From an uncultured Chloroflexia bacterium (GTDB lineage: Bacteria; Chloroflexota; Limnocylindria; Limnocylindrales; CSP1-4), in NCBI GenBank assembly GCA_963752475.1, contig CAVVYR010000006.1:288001-352000 (forward strand): a stretch of DNA of 64,000 bases. Reading direction: 5' to 3'. The notes below the pieces were generated by a model that was not told the DNA's origin, ran no database searches, and worked only from the letters and a program-made list of their open reading frames with translations. Every line of letters begins with the position of its first letter. Within the stretch, counting starts at the first letter, position 1. The translations under genes were made by a program, and so were the position numbers. Below, one piece after another: positions 1 to 10,187 of the stretch.

Positions 1-693
1 GTCGGTGGAGGCGTGCGCGAGGTCTACGACCTGCTCGACGACACCGAGGCCACCATCACCGGCGAGGTCATCGTGCCCGTGCGCCTGTGCCTGGCCGGCC
101 TGCCGGGCGACCGACTCGAGGATATCGAGCGGGTGTACTCGCATATCCAGGCGCTGACCCAGGCGGAGCCATTCCTGCGCTCACGCGAGTGGACGCTGCT
201 GGCCGCCACCAACACCGCCGCCTCGGGTCGCGAGATCAGCCGGCTGCAGGAGCACGGTTCCGCGGCCGTCCTGTCGCCACGCGCGGCGGCCCTCCATGGG
301 CTCGCGATCCTGGCCGAGGACATCCAGGCCGAGCGGCGCAACCGCACACGCTTCCTGGTCATGGCCATGCCCCATAGCGACGGGCTGCCGGCCCCGTCCA
401 GCGCCCAGCCCGACGGCGCCCGCCGCTCGACGCTGGCCTTCTCCGTGCGCAACGAGTCAGGCACGCTGGTGCGGGCCCTGAGCATCATCGCCGACCACCG
501 CATCAACATGACCAAGCTGGAGTCGCGACCCAGCCGCGAGGGCGCCTGGAACTACGTCTTCTGGGTCGATGTCGACAGCGACGTCTGCGACGCGGGCGGA
601 CCGGGCGCGGCCTTCCTCGACGACTTGCGTTCGGTCTGCGTATGGGTGCGGGTGATGGGCTGCTATCCCCGCTGCGTGGAGCCGGACATCTAG
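1..693 (+). CDS. pheA: Prephenate dehydratase with C-terminal ACT domain (5' truncated by window edge)
   Basis: Motifs VYSHIQAL, NRTRFLV, and INMTKLESRPSREGAWNYVFWVD typical of PDT-ACT. Confidence 0.92.
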   Translation, partial: VGGGVREVYDLLDDTEATITGEVIVPVRLCLAGLPGDRLEDIERVYSHIQALTQAEPFLRSREWTLLAATNTAASGREISRLQEHGSAAVLSPRAAALHGLAILAEDIQAERRNRTRFLVMAMPHSDGLPAPSSAQPDGARRSTLAFSVRNESGTLVRALSIIADHRINMTKLESRPSREGAWNYVFWVDVDSDVCDAGGPGAAFLDDLRSVCVWVRVMGCYPRCVEPDI

Positions 694-701
694 GGGCGTC
701 C

Positions 702-1781
702 ATGCGAGCGGTCCTCTTCGAACGGTTCGGCCAGCGGCCGCGGCTGACCACGCTGCCAGACCCGGAGCCGCCGCCGCACGGCGCGGTCATCGCGGTGCGT
801 GCCACGGGCGTCTGTCGCAGCGACTGGCACGGCTGGAAGGGCCATGACGACGGCATCGAGCTGCCGCATGTGCCGGGCCACGAGTTCGCGGGTGTCGTGG
901 CCGCTGTCGGTCCGGGCGTGCGGCGCTTCGGGGGAGGGGAGCGTGTGACGACCCCGTTCGTCAGTGGCTGCGGCACCTGTCCAGAGTGCCTCGCCGGCGA
1001 TGAGCAGGTATGCCGCGACCAGACGCAGCCGGGCTTCACCCACTGGGGCTCGTTCGCCGAGTACGTCGTGGTCCACCATGCGGACCTCAACCTCGTGCCG
1101 CTGCCCGAGACCATCGACGACGTCGCGGCGGCCACTCTCGGGTGTCGGGTGGTGACCGCCTTCCGGGCGATCGTGGACCAGGCCGAGCTGGCGTCGGGCG
1201 AGTGGTTGGCGGTACAGGGCTGTGGCGGCGTCGGCCTCTCGGCGGTGATGATCGGAGCCGCACTTGGTGCCCGCGTCGTGGCGGTCGACATCGAGCCTGC
1301 GGCGCTGGCGCTGGCGCGCGAACTCGGCGCCCAGGTCACGCTCGATGCCGGGCGTATCGACGACGTGGCCACGGCCGTCATGGACGCCACCGACGGCGGC
1401 GCGCACGTGTCCATCGATGCCCTCGGCCAGCCCGAGACCTGCGTCGCCTCCGTCCGGAGCCTCCGACGGCGCGGACGGCATGTACAGGTGGGGCTGCTGC
1501 TGGGTGATCGGTCGACGCCACCGATCCCCATGGACCGCGTGGTGGCCCACGAGTTGCGCATCTACGGCAGCCACGGGATGCAGGCGAGGCGCTACGACGC
1601 CCTGCTCGAGCTCATCGTCTCGGGCCGCCTCGATCCCTCGCGGTTGGTCGGTCGCACGGTCACGCTCGAGGCGTCGATCGCGGTGCTGATGTCGATGGAT
1701 CGTCCGGGGGCGGCCGGCGTGACCGTCGTGAGTGGCCTGTCGCCAACGTCATCGGAGTGTTGCGTACCCACGTCAGACTGA
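702..1781 (+). CDS. Zinc-dependent alcohol dehydrogenase family protein
   Basis: GVCRSDWH, GHEFAG, CGTCPEC...C structural Zn site, GCGGVG; ATG at 702. Confidence 0.92.
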   Translation: MRAVLFERFGQRPRLTTLPDPEPPPHGAVIAVRATGVCRSDWHGWKGHDDGIELPHVPGHEFAGVVAAVGPGVRRFGGGERVTTPFVSGCGTCPECLAGDEQVCRDQTQPGFTHWGSFAEYVVVHHADLNLVPLPETIDDVAAATLGCRVVTAFRAIVDQAELASGEWLAVQGCGGVGLSAVMIGAALGARVVAVDIEPAALALARELGAQVTLDAGRIDDVATAVMDATDGGAHVSIDALGQPETCVASVRSLRRRGRHVQVGLLLGDRSTPPIPMDRVVAHELRIYGSHGMQARRYDALLELIVSGRLDPSRLVGRTVTLEASIAVLMSMDRPGAAGVTVVSGLSPTSSECCVPTSD

Positions 1782-1827
1782 GGCACAGTCGCGGTCCGCA
1801 CCCGCGCGTACCCTGCAGGAGGATCCG

Positions 1828-2034
1828 ATGAGCACGACACCCAGCACCGACGCCGGCGACGCCGGCTCGGGTAACCGACGCCGTTGGCTCATCGTCGGCG
1901 TCGTCGTGATCATCATCGTCGGGATCGCCGTGGCAGCCGTGATGTGGTGGTACTTCTACGGCCAGCCCGCTCCGGAGGCGCCGACCATCGACAACGCGCT
2001 CCAGCAGCTGCTGCCGACCGACGCGCCCGAGTAG
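1828..2034 (+). CDS. Small single-pass membrane protein
   Basis: AGGAGG RBS before ATG 1828; RRRW followed by one hydrophobic helix. Confidence 0.7.
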   Translation: MSTTPSTDAGDAGSGNRRRWLIVGVVVIIIVGIAVAAVMWWYFYGQPAPEAPTIDNALQQLLPTDAPE

Positions 2035-2050
2035 CGCGGGAACGGGGCTC

Positions 2051-2383
2051 CTAGCGGCGCCCTCGCGCTGCGACCTCGGCGGCCGCAGAGGCCCACTCGC
2101 GCAGCTGCTCCGTGTCCTCGCGGATGGGCTCGGGCACCTCCCAGTAGGGCATGCGTGCGTGCTGCGTGGAGCCGGCGGCCTCGAAGGCCGCGGCCGTGCT
2201 CGAGTCGGCCCGCAGGTACAGGCGCCCCTCCGAGTCGACGATGGCGAACATGATCTCGTCCTTGAACATGCCGTGACCGCCGAACATCGCCCTCGACGTG
2301 ACGCCAAGTGGCGCCAGCGTCTCCTCGAGTGCGGCGGCGGCCTCGATCCCCGCGGTCCTGCCGCGGGCGCCCTTCGTGCCCAT
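2051..2383 (-). CDS. TfoX/Sxy N-terminal domain protein
   Basis: RAMFGGHGMF...MFAIV...LYLR...MPYWEVP signature. Confidence 0.85.
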   Translation of the reverse strand: MGTKGARGRTAGIEAAAALEETLAPLGVTSRAMFGGHGMFKDEIMFAIVDSEGRLYLRADSSTAAAFEAAGSTQHARMPYWEVPEPIREDTEQLREWASAAAEVAARGRR

Positions 2384-2886
2384 CAGGCCTCGGAGATGGT
2401 CACCGACTTGATCGCGACAGGCTCGACCGGGCGGTCCTGGGCTCCTGTGGGGGCGCCGGCGATAGCGTCGACGACCTCTTCACCAGCGCTGAGCTTGCCG
2501 AAGATCGTGTAGTTGGGGGGCAGGGGGTAGTCGGCGTGCATGACGAAGAACTGGCTGCCGTTGGTGTTGGCGCCGGCGTTGGCCATGGCCAGCGTGCCAC
2601 GAAGGTACTGGCGCGTGACCGGCTCGTCGTCGAAGCGGTAGCCGGGGCCACCGGTGCCGGTGCCGGTGGGATCGCCACCCTGGATCATGAAGCCGCTGAT
2701 GACGCGATGGAAGATCACGTCCGCATAGAAGCCCTCGTTGGCGAGGAAGACGAAGTTATTGACCGTGCGCGGCACTTCCGAGGCGAACAGCTGCGCGGTC
2801 ATGGTTCCGGCCGAGGTCTCGATGGTGGCCGTGTAGGTCTTGGCCGGGTCGATGACCATCTCCGGCGGGTTGGCGTACTGCGGCAC
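2383..2886 (-). CDS. Cyclophilin-type peptidyl-prolyl isomerase
   Basis: FHRVISGFMIQGGDPTGTGTGGPGY, LAMANAG, NGSQFF; GTG start at 2886 after AGGAG. Confidence 0.95.
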   Translation of the reverse strand: MPQYANPPEMVIDPAKTYTATIETSAGTMTAQLFASEVPRTVNNFVFLANEGFYADVIFHRVISGFMIQGGDPTGTGTGGPGYRFDDEPVTRQYLRGTLAMANAGANTNGSQFFVMHADYPLPPNYTIFGKLSAGEEVVDAIAGAPTGAQDRPVEPVAIKSVTISEA

Positions 2887-3206
2887 GTATGCACTCCTGG
2901 TTGGTGGGTGATCGGGACAAGCGTAACCGACGTGGCGCAGTTGCCCCTGTGGCGAGCTCGGCGCTTCCGGCGGGTAGCTACGATGGCGACCACAGATCGA
3001 CGCCCGCGCCGTCGAGCGCACCGAGCGCTGGGTCGCGAGGTCCTGCGCCGGGCCATCGACGACATGACCGAGCTGAAGCTGATGGTGGTGGCGCAACCGG
3101 GCTGACTCCCGACTCCGGGGTCCTGCCCGCGGAGTGTGCGTTTCGGGTCATTCCGTGGCGGTGCGTTGAGGTGGTCGAATAGCCTGACCAGCCTCGAGCT
3201 GGGACT

Positions 3207-5699
3207 ATGCGATTGCCCAACGTGAGCCTCCCGCGCCGCCCCCGCTCCGGCCTCTTCGGTGATGCCCGGCTGATCCGTCTCAGGCTGTGGTTGGCCATGC
3301 TCGGCTTGGCCGTCCTGCCGATGGTCGGCGTCATCTACCTCATGGGTGCGCTCACCAGCGACGAGCCGCCCAGTGGCGCCGAGCTCTACGGGTGGGAGAC
3401 CTCGGCCGCGGCCGCTGACCTCGCCGCAGCGGAACGCGCGGTCGAGTCGCGCCTGCTGGCGGTCGCCGCTGACGTCGACCTGCGCAAGCTCGTCGATGGT
3501 GTCAGCGGTAGCGCTGAGCGCGCCACGGCCACGAAAGTCATCTCGATGCTGGAGATGGGTGACGAGGGCCTCATCGAGGGCCTCTGTCTCACGCGCACGC
3601 TCGATGGCTCACAGGTGTCCATCAGCGTCCCCAGCGGGGACTCGATCGGCACCGATGCCTGTGGCTCGACGGCGCTGATCGACGCAGCGCTCGCCACCCC
3701 GCCCGGCGGCGTGGCCCGGGGTACGACCTACGGATCCGACCGCACGCGCCGCCTCATCATCGCCACCGAGATCATCGGTGCCGCGCGCCGCAACACCGGC
3801 GTGGTCAGCGCGGAGATCAGCCTGCGTGACCTTTTCGCGGCCACGCCCAGCGCCGCCGGTCTGGGCACCAGCGCTGCGCTCGTAGACATGGCCAACAACA
3901 CCATCGTGGCGGGCGCACGTACCGACTCGGTCGTCTCTGGCAGCGACATCGAGGGCACTCGCCCGCTGGGCAACCTGCGAGTGCGTGTCAACGGCATCGT
4001 CACCGGCCACGAGGGCACCGCCGACGCGCTTGCCGACGCGGGCTGGGCCGCCACCGCCGCGCCGCTCTTCGAGTCCGACGACGGAGCGCGCTTCGGGCTC
4101 ATCCATATCTGGCCGGCCGCGCCGGCGGCGTCGGGCGACCCACTGGTATTCGTGCTGATCGGCTTCGCCCTCGTGGTGGTGCTGGTGACGGTCGTGGTGG
4201 CTCGCACGTTCCTGCAGCCGTTCGACGACCTGGCCGAGTCGCAGGCACAGCTGGAGGTGCTCTACCGCGAGGCACGTGAGGACTCCCTCCACGACGGACT
4301 CACCGGCCTCGGCAACCACCGTTCGTTCCAGGAGGAGCTCGACCGACAGCTCGATCTGTTCCGTCGCCACCAGGTGCCGATCGCGCTGCTGCTGATCGAC
4401 CTCGACGACCTCAAGGTCGTCAACGACAACGAGGGCCATCCGGCCGGCGACAAGCTGCTGCTGGGGATGGCTGGCGCCATCCGTGACACGCTGCGCTACG
4501 GCGACCGCGCCTTCCGCATCGGTGGTGACGAGTTCGCCGTGCTGTTGCCGCATACCGATGCCGACGAAGCGCTCATCGCGGCCAACCGGCTGCGCCACTT
4601 CTGCCTACGACCGGCAGCCGGTGAGCGGGTCATCCCGTTCTCCGGCGGCATCTCCTCGGTGCCGCAGCTGACCTCGGACCGCAACGAGCTCTTCCGTCAG
4701 GCCGACGCGGCACTCTATCGCTGCAAGCGCGGCGGCCGAGGCACGGTGGCGGTCTTCGATGCCGATCGCGACCTCGTGCCCGAGGACAACCACGGCGCCG
4801 GCTCGGCCACAGCCGTCCGTGACATCGTCCGCTCGCGCAACCTCAAGCCTGTCTATCAGCCTATCGTCGACCTGAGCGACGGTTCGGTCCTTGGCTTCGA
4901 GGGCCTCATCCGGCCGGGTGCCTCGTCGCCCTTCTCCAATCCCGGCCAGCTCTTCGCCGCGGCCGCCGCCGCGGGCCGCACGTCGGAGCTCGACCTGGCC
5001 TGCTTCGAGGTCGTGGCGGCTGGGGCCGCACAGATCGATCCCCAGAAGGTCGTGACCATCAACCTCAGTCCGCAGACGCTGGAGCTCGAGGACTTCTCCT
5101 CCTCCTGGCTGCTGGAGATCCTGTCGCGCTACGAGATCAGCCCTGGTCGCGTCATCGTGGAGCTGACCGAGCGCGAGGCCATCACCGACCTCGATCGGCT
5201 CCGTCGCAACGTGGCCTCCCTACAGCGCGCCGGCGTCCGGCTCGCGGCCGACGACGTCGGTGCCGGCAACGCCGGCCTGCGCCTGCTCAGCCAGGTGCGT
5301 TTCGACATCATGAAGATCGACCTTTCGCTGGTGCAGGACGGTGCCCAGCACGAGTCCTCGCGCGCGGTCGTGCGCTCGCTCATGGACCTGGCCGCGCGCC
5401 AGGGTGCCGTGGCCATCGCCGAGGGCCTCGAGACCGCCGAGCAGCTGCGCTCGCTACGTGAGCTGGGCATCACCACCGGCCAGGGCTATCTGCTGGGCCG
5501 GCCGGGCAACAACCTCGGCCTGACCTCGGTCGATATCGAGGCCCTGGCCACGGGCACGCTCATCGTCGACGCCGGGCCGGCCAGGCCGGCTCCTGCGCCC
5601 AACGTCCCCTCGGCCACGACCACTCCACCGCCACCGCCACCGCCGGAGAGCGGTCCCAGGATGGCCGGTGACGACGCGCTCGAGAGGACTCCCGTCTAG
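3207..5699 (+). CDS. Membrane-bound diguanylate cyclase/phosphodiesterase (2 TM, extracytoplasmic sensor, GGDEF, EAL)
   Basis: HDGLTGLGN, RYGD I-site, intact RIGGDEF, FEGLIR, DDVGAG, KID, AEGLET. Confidence 0.93.
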   Translation: MRLPNVSLPRRPRSGLFGDARLIRLRLWLAMLGLAVLPMVGVIYLMGALTSDEPPSGAELYGWETSAAAADLAAAERAVESRLLAVAADVDLRKLVDGVSGSAERATATKVISMLEMGDEGLIEGLCLTRTLDGSQVSISVPSGDSIGTDACGSTALIDAALATPPGGVARGTTYGSDRTRRLIIATEIIGAARRNTGVVSAEISLRDLFAATPSAAGLGTSAALVDMANNTIVAGARTDSVVSGSDIEGTRPLGNLRVRVNGIVTGHEGTADALADAGWAATAAPLFESDDGARFGLIHIWPAAPAASGDPLVFVLIGFALVVVLVTVVVARTFLQPFDDLAESQAQLEVLYREAREDSLHDGLTGLGNHRSFQEELDRQLDLFRRHQVPIALLLIDLDDLKVVNDNEGHPAGDKLLLGMAGAIRDTLRYGDRAFRIGGDEFAVLLPHTDADEALIAANRLRHFCLRPAAGERVIPFSGGISSVPQLTSDRNELFRQADAALYRCKRGGRGTVAVFDADRDLVPEDNHGAGSATAVRDIVRSRNLKPVYQPIVDLSDGSVLGFEGLIRPGASSPFSNPGQLFAAAAAAGRTSELDLACFEVVAAGAAQIDPQKVVTINLSPQTLELEDFSSSWLLEILSRYEISPGRVIVELTEREAITDLDRLRRNVASLQRAGVRLAADDVGAGNAGLRLLSQVRFDIMKIDLSLVQDGAQHESSRAVVRSLMDLAARQGAVAIAEGLETAEQLRSLRELGITTGQGYLLGRPGNNLGLTSVDIEALATGTLIVDAGPARPAPAPNVPSATTTPPPPPPPESGPRMAGDDALERTPV

Positions 5700-5716
5700 C
5701 GCCCTACACTCGCTGC

Positions 5717-6544
5717 GTGGAGACGCAGCAGATCATCCAGAGCCTCAGCTACGTCACGTGGGTCCTGCTGGGCGGCCTCGCCCTCGGCAGCTTCGCCCTG
5801 ACGTGGTGGTTGAGGCAGACCACCGACGCGACCGCCGGCTTCCTCGGCTTCAGCGCCATCCTCGCCGCCGTCTTCGGCCTTGGCTGGCTGATGGTGGAGT
5901 GGGGCCTGCCCGACCCGGTGGACCTGGAGATCGGCTACCTCGAGGAGTTGAACGAGCCGCGCCGGGCAGCCATCGCGGTCTTCTCCCTGCTCTCGCTGGC
6001 GGCGGGCATACGCCTGCGACGTGGGGGTCGGGCACGATGGCTCGGTGCCCTGGCCACGATCGCTGGTCTGACCGCGCTCTTCCTCGGCGCCTGGAGCTGG
6101 GGCGAGGGCGAGGCGATCTCGGTCTCGATCTTCGTCCAGCTGGTGGCGCTCTCGGCCGTGACCGGTGGCTCGCTGGCGGCGGTCGTGCTGGCGCACTGGT
6201 ACCTGGTCACGCCCAAGATCTCCGAGCGACCGCTCATCGTCACGACCCGACTGTTGATGCTGGTGCTCGTGATCCAGCTGCTCCTCTTCGGCGTCTGGAC
6301 CGCGGCCGGCATCCCCGACTTCGAGCCCTTCGAGGTCCTCACCGGCGACAATCTCGTCTTCGTGTGGCTGCGTCTGATCGTGGGCCTGGCGGCGCCGCTG
6401 GTGCTGACGTGGATGGCCTGGCGCACGGCTATCACGCGCTCGATGGAGTCGGCCACGGGCCTGCTCTACATCGAGTTCGCGCTGGTCATGGCCTCCACCA
6501 TCGTGGCTGCGGGGCTCTTGTTCGGAGAGGGCATGCTGGTCTGA
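5717..6544 (+). CDS. Multi-pass membrane protein of unknown function (HWYL motif)
   Basis: About 8 hydrophobic segments; TACACT -10 box 6 nt before GTG; coupled to moaD-moaE. Confidence 0.75.
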   Translation: METQQIIQSLSYVTWVLLGGLALGSFALTWWLRQTTDATAGFLGFSAILAAVFGLGWLMVEWGLPDPVDLEIGYLEELNEPRRAAIAVFSLLSLAAGIRLRRGGRARWLGALATIAGLTALFLGAWSWGEGEAISVSIFVQLVALSAVTGGSLAAVVLAHWYLVTPKISERPLIVTTRLLMLVLVIQLLLFGVWTAAGIPDFEPFEVLTGDNLVFVWLRLIVGLAAPLVLTWMAWRTAITRSMESATGLLYIEFALVMASTIVAAGLLFGEGMLV

Positions 6545-6546
6545 CG

Positions 6547-7311
6547 ATGCGTGTCACCGTTCGCCTCTTCGCGCTGCAACGAGCCCAGACCGGACTGCGT
6601 ACCCATGATCTCGAGCTGCCGGACGGATCGGACGTGGCCGGCGCCTGGAAGGCGCTCGTGGCCGACCTGCCGGCCATCGCCGCAGCCGAGGGCGTGGTGC
6701 GCTTCGCGCGCAACGGCAGCTACGTCGATACGACCGAGCCGCTGGCTGATGGCGACGAGCTGGCGGTCATCCCGCCGGTCGCTGGTGGAGCCGACTCGCC
6801 CGGCCGCTACCGACGCCTTGAGATCACCGAGGCGTCGCTCGATGAGGGCTTGCTCGCCGAGTTGCATGGGGCGGTCGCAAGCGATGCCGACGGGGCCGTA
6901 GCCGTGTTCGCCGGCCAGACGCGCGAGACGCCCGGAACGCCGGCACCGGGCCAGGAGACCGAGGCCGAACGTTTCGCGGGCCAGGTCGTCACGGGCCTGA
7001 CGTATGAGGTCTTCGAGCCCATGGCCGTGTCGGTGCTCGAGGAGATCGCCGACGAGATCGAGGCGCGCTTCGGCGTTCGCCGACTGGCGGTCGTGCACCG
7101 GGTCGGTGAGGTCGACGTCGGGCAGTCGAGCGTGCTCATCGTGGTCGCCTCGCCGCATCGTACGGAGGCTTTCGAGGCCTGCCGCTACGCCATCGAAGAG
7201 CTCAAGGCGCGAGCACCGATCTGGAAGAGCGAACGCTTCGCCGACGGCTCGGTCTGGCTCGGTTCGCGCGCACGGCACGGTCCGGAGGGCACCCCCATCG
7301 CCGACGACTAG
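6547..7311 (+). CDS. moaE: Fused molybdopterin synthase MoaD-MoaE
   Basis: ThiS/MoaD fold ending IPPVAGG, then MoaE motifs HRVG, SPHRTEAF, LKARAPIWKSE. Confidence 0.9.
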   Translation: MRVTVRLFALQRAQTGLRTHDLELPDGSDVAGAWKALVADLPAIAAAEGVVRFARNGSYVDTTEPLADGDELAVIPPVAGGADSPGRYRRLEITEASLDEGLLAELHGAVASDADGAVAVFAGQTRETPGTPAPGQETEAERFAGQVVTGLTYEVFEPMAVSVLEEIADEIEARFGVRRLAVVHRVGEVDVGQSSVLIVVASPHRTEAFEACRYAIEELKARAPIWKSERFADGSVWLGSRARHGPEGTPIADD

Positions 7312-7348
7312 CCTCTCCCGCGGGGCTCTAGCCTCTCCCGCGGGGCTC
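7308..7348 (+). repeat. 20-bp tandem duplication overlapping the moaE stop codon
   Basis: CTAGCCTCTCCCGCGGGGCT x2. Confidence 0.85.
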
Positions 7349-7470
7349 GGGGACGACCAAGCGAAGGTCACGCGGAGCGACGTCACGACGATCCCATATG
7401 CTGCGCCCCACAGGGACGGTACCCGCTTGGCGGCGTCGTTGAACGGGCGGGGAGATCCGGCGGGCGTGAC

Positions 7471-7711
7471 CTTGTGGACATCTGTCGCCACCACCGACCG
7501 TAGACCTACTCGTAGTCATCGCCGGTGCATGTGAGCAGACATCAGCCGCACTTCCCGAGCGGGTGTGGGCATAGCCGGCGAACGCAGAGGCGGCCGAGGG
7601 CATCGACCGCGACCAGATCGTGGGAGTAACGTCGGGCCGGACGACGGATGGCCACAAGGAGCGACCGGATCGGTCGTTGGCGTCGATGGGGACGACGCCT
7701 GACCACGAGCG
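7471..7711 (+). repeat. 241-bp modular intergenic element, copy 1
   Basis: Colinear manual alignment to 13509-13749 (reverse) and 32304-32544. Confidence 0.85.
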
Positions 7712-7798
7712 CCCGCAAGTTGCCGCCCGAGGGCGGTGTGTCCGCGCGCAAGGAGCCGGGACTAGGCTGTTCAGCCGAACCCGGCTACGATTCAGCTC

Positions 7799-8479
7799 AT
7801 GACCGATCCCGCACGCCGAGCCAAGCCCGTCGGGCCGCCGCCGCCCGGCAGTCCGCAGCAGCCTCCGCCCTCGGGCGGCACGTACCAGCAGCCACCTCCG
7901 CCCTCGGGCGGCACGTACCAGCAGCCACCGCCCGGCCCAGCCGGGTCCGGTTCGTACCAGGCGCCCCCCGGGCAGCCGTACATGCGTGTCTATCGCTGGG
8001 ACTCCAGCCGCGGCTCGTTCCCCTGGTTCGCCATCCTGCTGCTGGTGCTGGGCGTCGGCCTGCTCATCGAGATCCTCATCCCCGACCTCTCGTTCGGCTC
8101 GCTGCTCATCCTGGCGGCCGGCCTGGCCTTCGGGGCCGCCTGGCTCTGGGGCCGCATCGTCGGTGCCACCATGCCCGCGCTCGTGCTCACGGCCTGGGGC
8201 CTCGCTTCGGTGGGCCGCGACTTCGATGTGCTCGTGGGCGACGGCTGGAACACGCTCTTCATCGGCATCGCCTTCCTCATCGGCTGGGGGCTCGGTCGGT
8301 TCCAGCACGTGCGCCGCGAGTACGCGCTCTGGATCGGTGTGGTGCTCGGGGTCATCGGCCTGGCCGATACCTCGGACGCGCTGCCCTTCGACTTGAGCTT
8401 CGCGGTCATCATCCCGCTGGTGATGATCGGCCTCGGCTTCTACTACATCTGGCAGAGCCGCCTGTGGGAGCGCCGCTAG
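7799..8479 (+). CDS. Membrane protein with Pro/Gln-rich N-terminal repeats
   Basis: QQPPPPSGGTY repeats then about 6 TM helices; TACGAT 7 nt upstream of ATG. Confidence 0.8.
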   Translation: MTDPARRAKPVGPPPPGSPQQPPPSGGTYQQPPPPSGGTYQQPPPGPAGSGSYQAPPGQPYMRVYRWDSSRGSFPWFAILLLVLGVGLLIEILIPDLSFGSLLILAAGLAFGAAWLWGRIVGATMPALVLTAWGLASVGRDFDVLVGDGWNTLFIGIAFLIGWGLGRFQHVRREYALWIGVVLGVIGLADTSDALPFDLSFAVIIPLVMIGLGFYYIWQSRLWERR

Positions 8480-9231
8480 CCCAGGTAGCGCCGTTCGGGA
8501 TCGAGCACCTCGCGCATCAGGCGCAGCTCCTCAGCACTGGGCGGAGGCGTTTCGCCCAGATCGGCTGCCGCGCGCACTTGCCACTCCATGGCCGCGTGGA
8601 CGTCTTCGAGCGTGTGGCCGGCATGGATGGTGTCGAGACGCATCTCCCCGTCATCGTCGAAGTGGTACACACCCAGGTCGGTGACCACGACCGACGGACC
8701 ACGCGGGTGCCCGGGTGAGTTGCCGGGCGAGGTGCGGAAGTCGATCTGCTCGACGAACGAGCGCCGTGATTGGCGCATGACCACGAAGACCTGGTGGCTG
8801 TGGAGGGCGATCTCGTTGGCGCCGCCCGAGCCCGGCAGCCGCACCTTGGGCGTGGCGTAGTCGCCGATGACCGTGGAGTTGATGTTGCCGAAGCGGTCGA
8901 TCTGGGCCGCGCCCAGGAAACCCACGTCTACCAGCCCGCGCTGGAGATAGAGCCCGAAGAGGTCGACCTGCGACATCACCGCCAGCGACCCCGTGACGAT
9001 GGTGGGGTCGCCGATCGAGAGCGGCAGGCGCGCCGGCTGGGCCCCGTACGCGCCGGCCTCGTAGATGAGGATGAGGTCCGGGGCCACCGTGTGGAGCGCG
9101 AGGTTGACCGCGATGTTGGGCAACCCGATGCCCACGAAACAGACGCGCTGTCCGGCCAGCTCGCGCGCGGCGGCCGCGATCATCATCTCGTTGGGCGTGT
9201 AGCCGGCGTGATCGTGGACGATCTCGTTCAT
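8476..9231 (-). CDS. CoA-transferase beta subunit (GctB/CatJ-like)
   Basis: FVGIGLP, LIYEAG, GAAQIDRFGNINST, RLPGSGGA. Confidence 0.92.
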   Translation of the reverse strand: MNEIVHDHAGYTPNEMMIAAAARELAGQRVCFVGIGLPNIAVNLALHTVAPDLILIYEAGAYGAQPARLPLSIGDPTIVTGSLAVMSQVDLFGLYLQRGLVDVGFLGAAQIDRFGNINSTVIGDYATPKVRLPGSGGANEIALHSHQVFVVMRQSRRSFVEQIDFRTSPGNSPGHPRGPSVVVTDLGVYHFDDDGEMRLDTIHAGHTLEDVHAAMEWQVRAAADLGETPPPSAEELRLMREVLDPERRYLG

Positions 9232-10148
9232 CGGTACTCGCCATAGTCGATGGGGCCGGCCAGGGCCGTGCCCGAGGGGCGGATGCGGTCCGTCACCGCA
9301 GGCCCGAGCTTGGTCATGTACTCGGCACGACCAGCCACGCCGTGGACGTACTCATCGAGCCAGGTCGCGGTGGCGGCAGGGTCGCGGCCGATGGCATCCC
9401 AGTCGACGTAGAAGGTGTTGTCGCGGTCGTAATAGCCCTGGGCGAACGAGGGATGCGCCCCGTAGGGCTCCACGACCACGGCGTCGACGATATGTCCGGG
9501 CAGCACCGTACGGTTGGGGTCGGCCCGGATGACCGCTTCCTCGACCAGCTCCTCGACCACCACGATGACGCGCTCGGCGGCGAAGGCGCACTCCTTCTGC
9601 GAGCCCAGCAGGCCCCAGACCTGGGTGTCGCCGGCGGCGTCTGCCCGTTGCGCGTGGATGATGGTCACGTCGGGGTTCAGCGGCGGGACGACGTAGATGG
9701 TCTCGCCGTCATACGGGGAGACGACCGGCTGGATGCGAGGGTTGGCCCTGGGCATGTCCGTGCCGGTGTAGCTGCGCAGCGGGTAGAAGGGCATGTTGGC
9801 CGCGCCGGCGGTGTAACGCCCGACCATGCCGAAGTGGCTGTACTCCTCGATCTCGAGTGCGGGTTCGGGACCCTCGGTCACACGCCTGATGGCGTGGAGG
9901 CTGCCGACACCGGGGTTGCCGAGCCAGCCGAAGACGAGCTTGCGCGCGACGCCGGCCGCGATCATCTGGTCGTAGATGACGTCGGGCGTCATGCGGATGA
10001 GGGTCAGATCGCGCCGCCCTTGGCGGATGATCTCGTGTCCCGCGGCGAAACCGATCAGATGCGTGAAGCCCTCGATGGCCACGCTGTCCCCATCCCGTAC
10101 CAGCTCGGCGACGGCGTCACGCATGCTGGTCACCTTCGACCCGGTCAC
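9228..10148 (-). CDS. CoA-transferase alpha subunit (GctA/CatI-like)
   Basis: EGFTHLI, RMTPD, GNPGVGSL, HAQRAD, GAHPS; ATGA overlap with the beta gene. Confidence 0.92.
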   Translation of the reverse strand: MTGSKVTSMRDAVAELVRDGDSVAIEGFTHLIGFAAGHEIIRQGRRDLTLIRMTPDVIYDQMIAAGVARKLVFGWLGNPGVGSLHAIRRVTEGPEPALEIEEYSHFGMVGRYTAGAANMPFYPLRSYTGTDMPRANPRIQPVVSPYDGETIYVVPPLNPDVTIIHAQRADAAGDTQVWGLLGSQKECAFAAERVIVVVEELVEEAVIRADPNRTVLPGHIVDAVVVEPYGAHPSFAQGYYDRDNTFYVDWDAIGRDPAATATWLDEYVHGVAGRAEYMTKLGPAVTDRIRPSGTALAGPIDYGEYR

Positions 10149-10187
10149 GCCTCCATCGTAGCGCTCAGCGAGCGTCCGATGGCGGTC

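Noticed and set aside
7471-7711. 241-bp element as a conserved small protein (similar peptides AGYA...TTSR...GDRCPQ appear in the ORF track)
   Set aside because: Conservation follows palindromic nucleotide blocks rather than codon positions, there is no shared start or RBS, and copy 3 has a stop in the equivalent frame.
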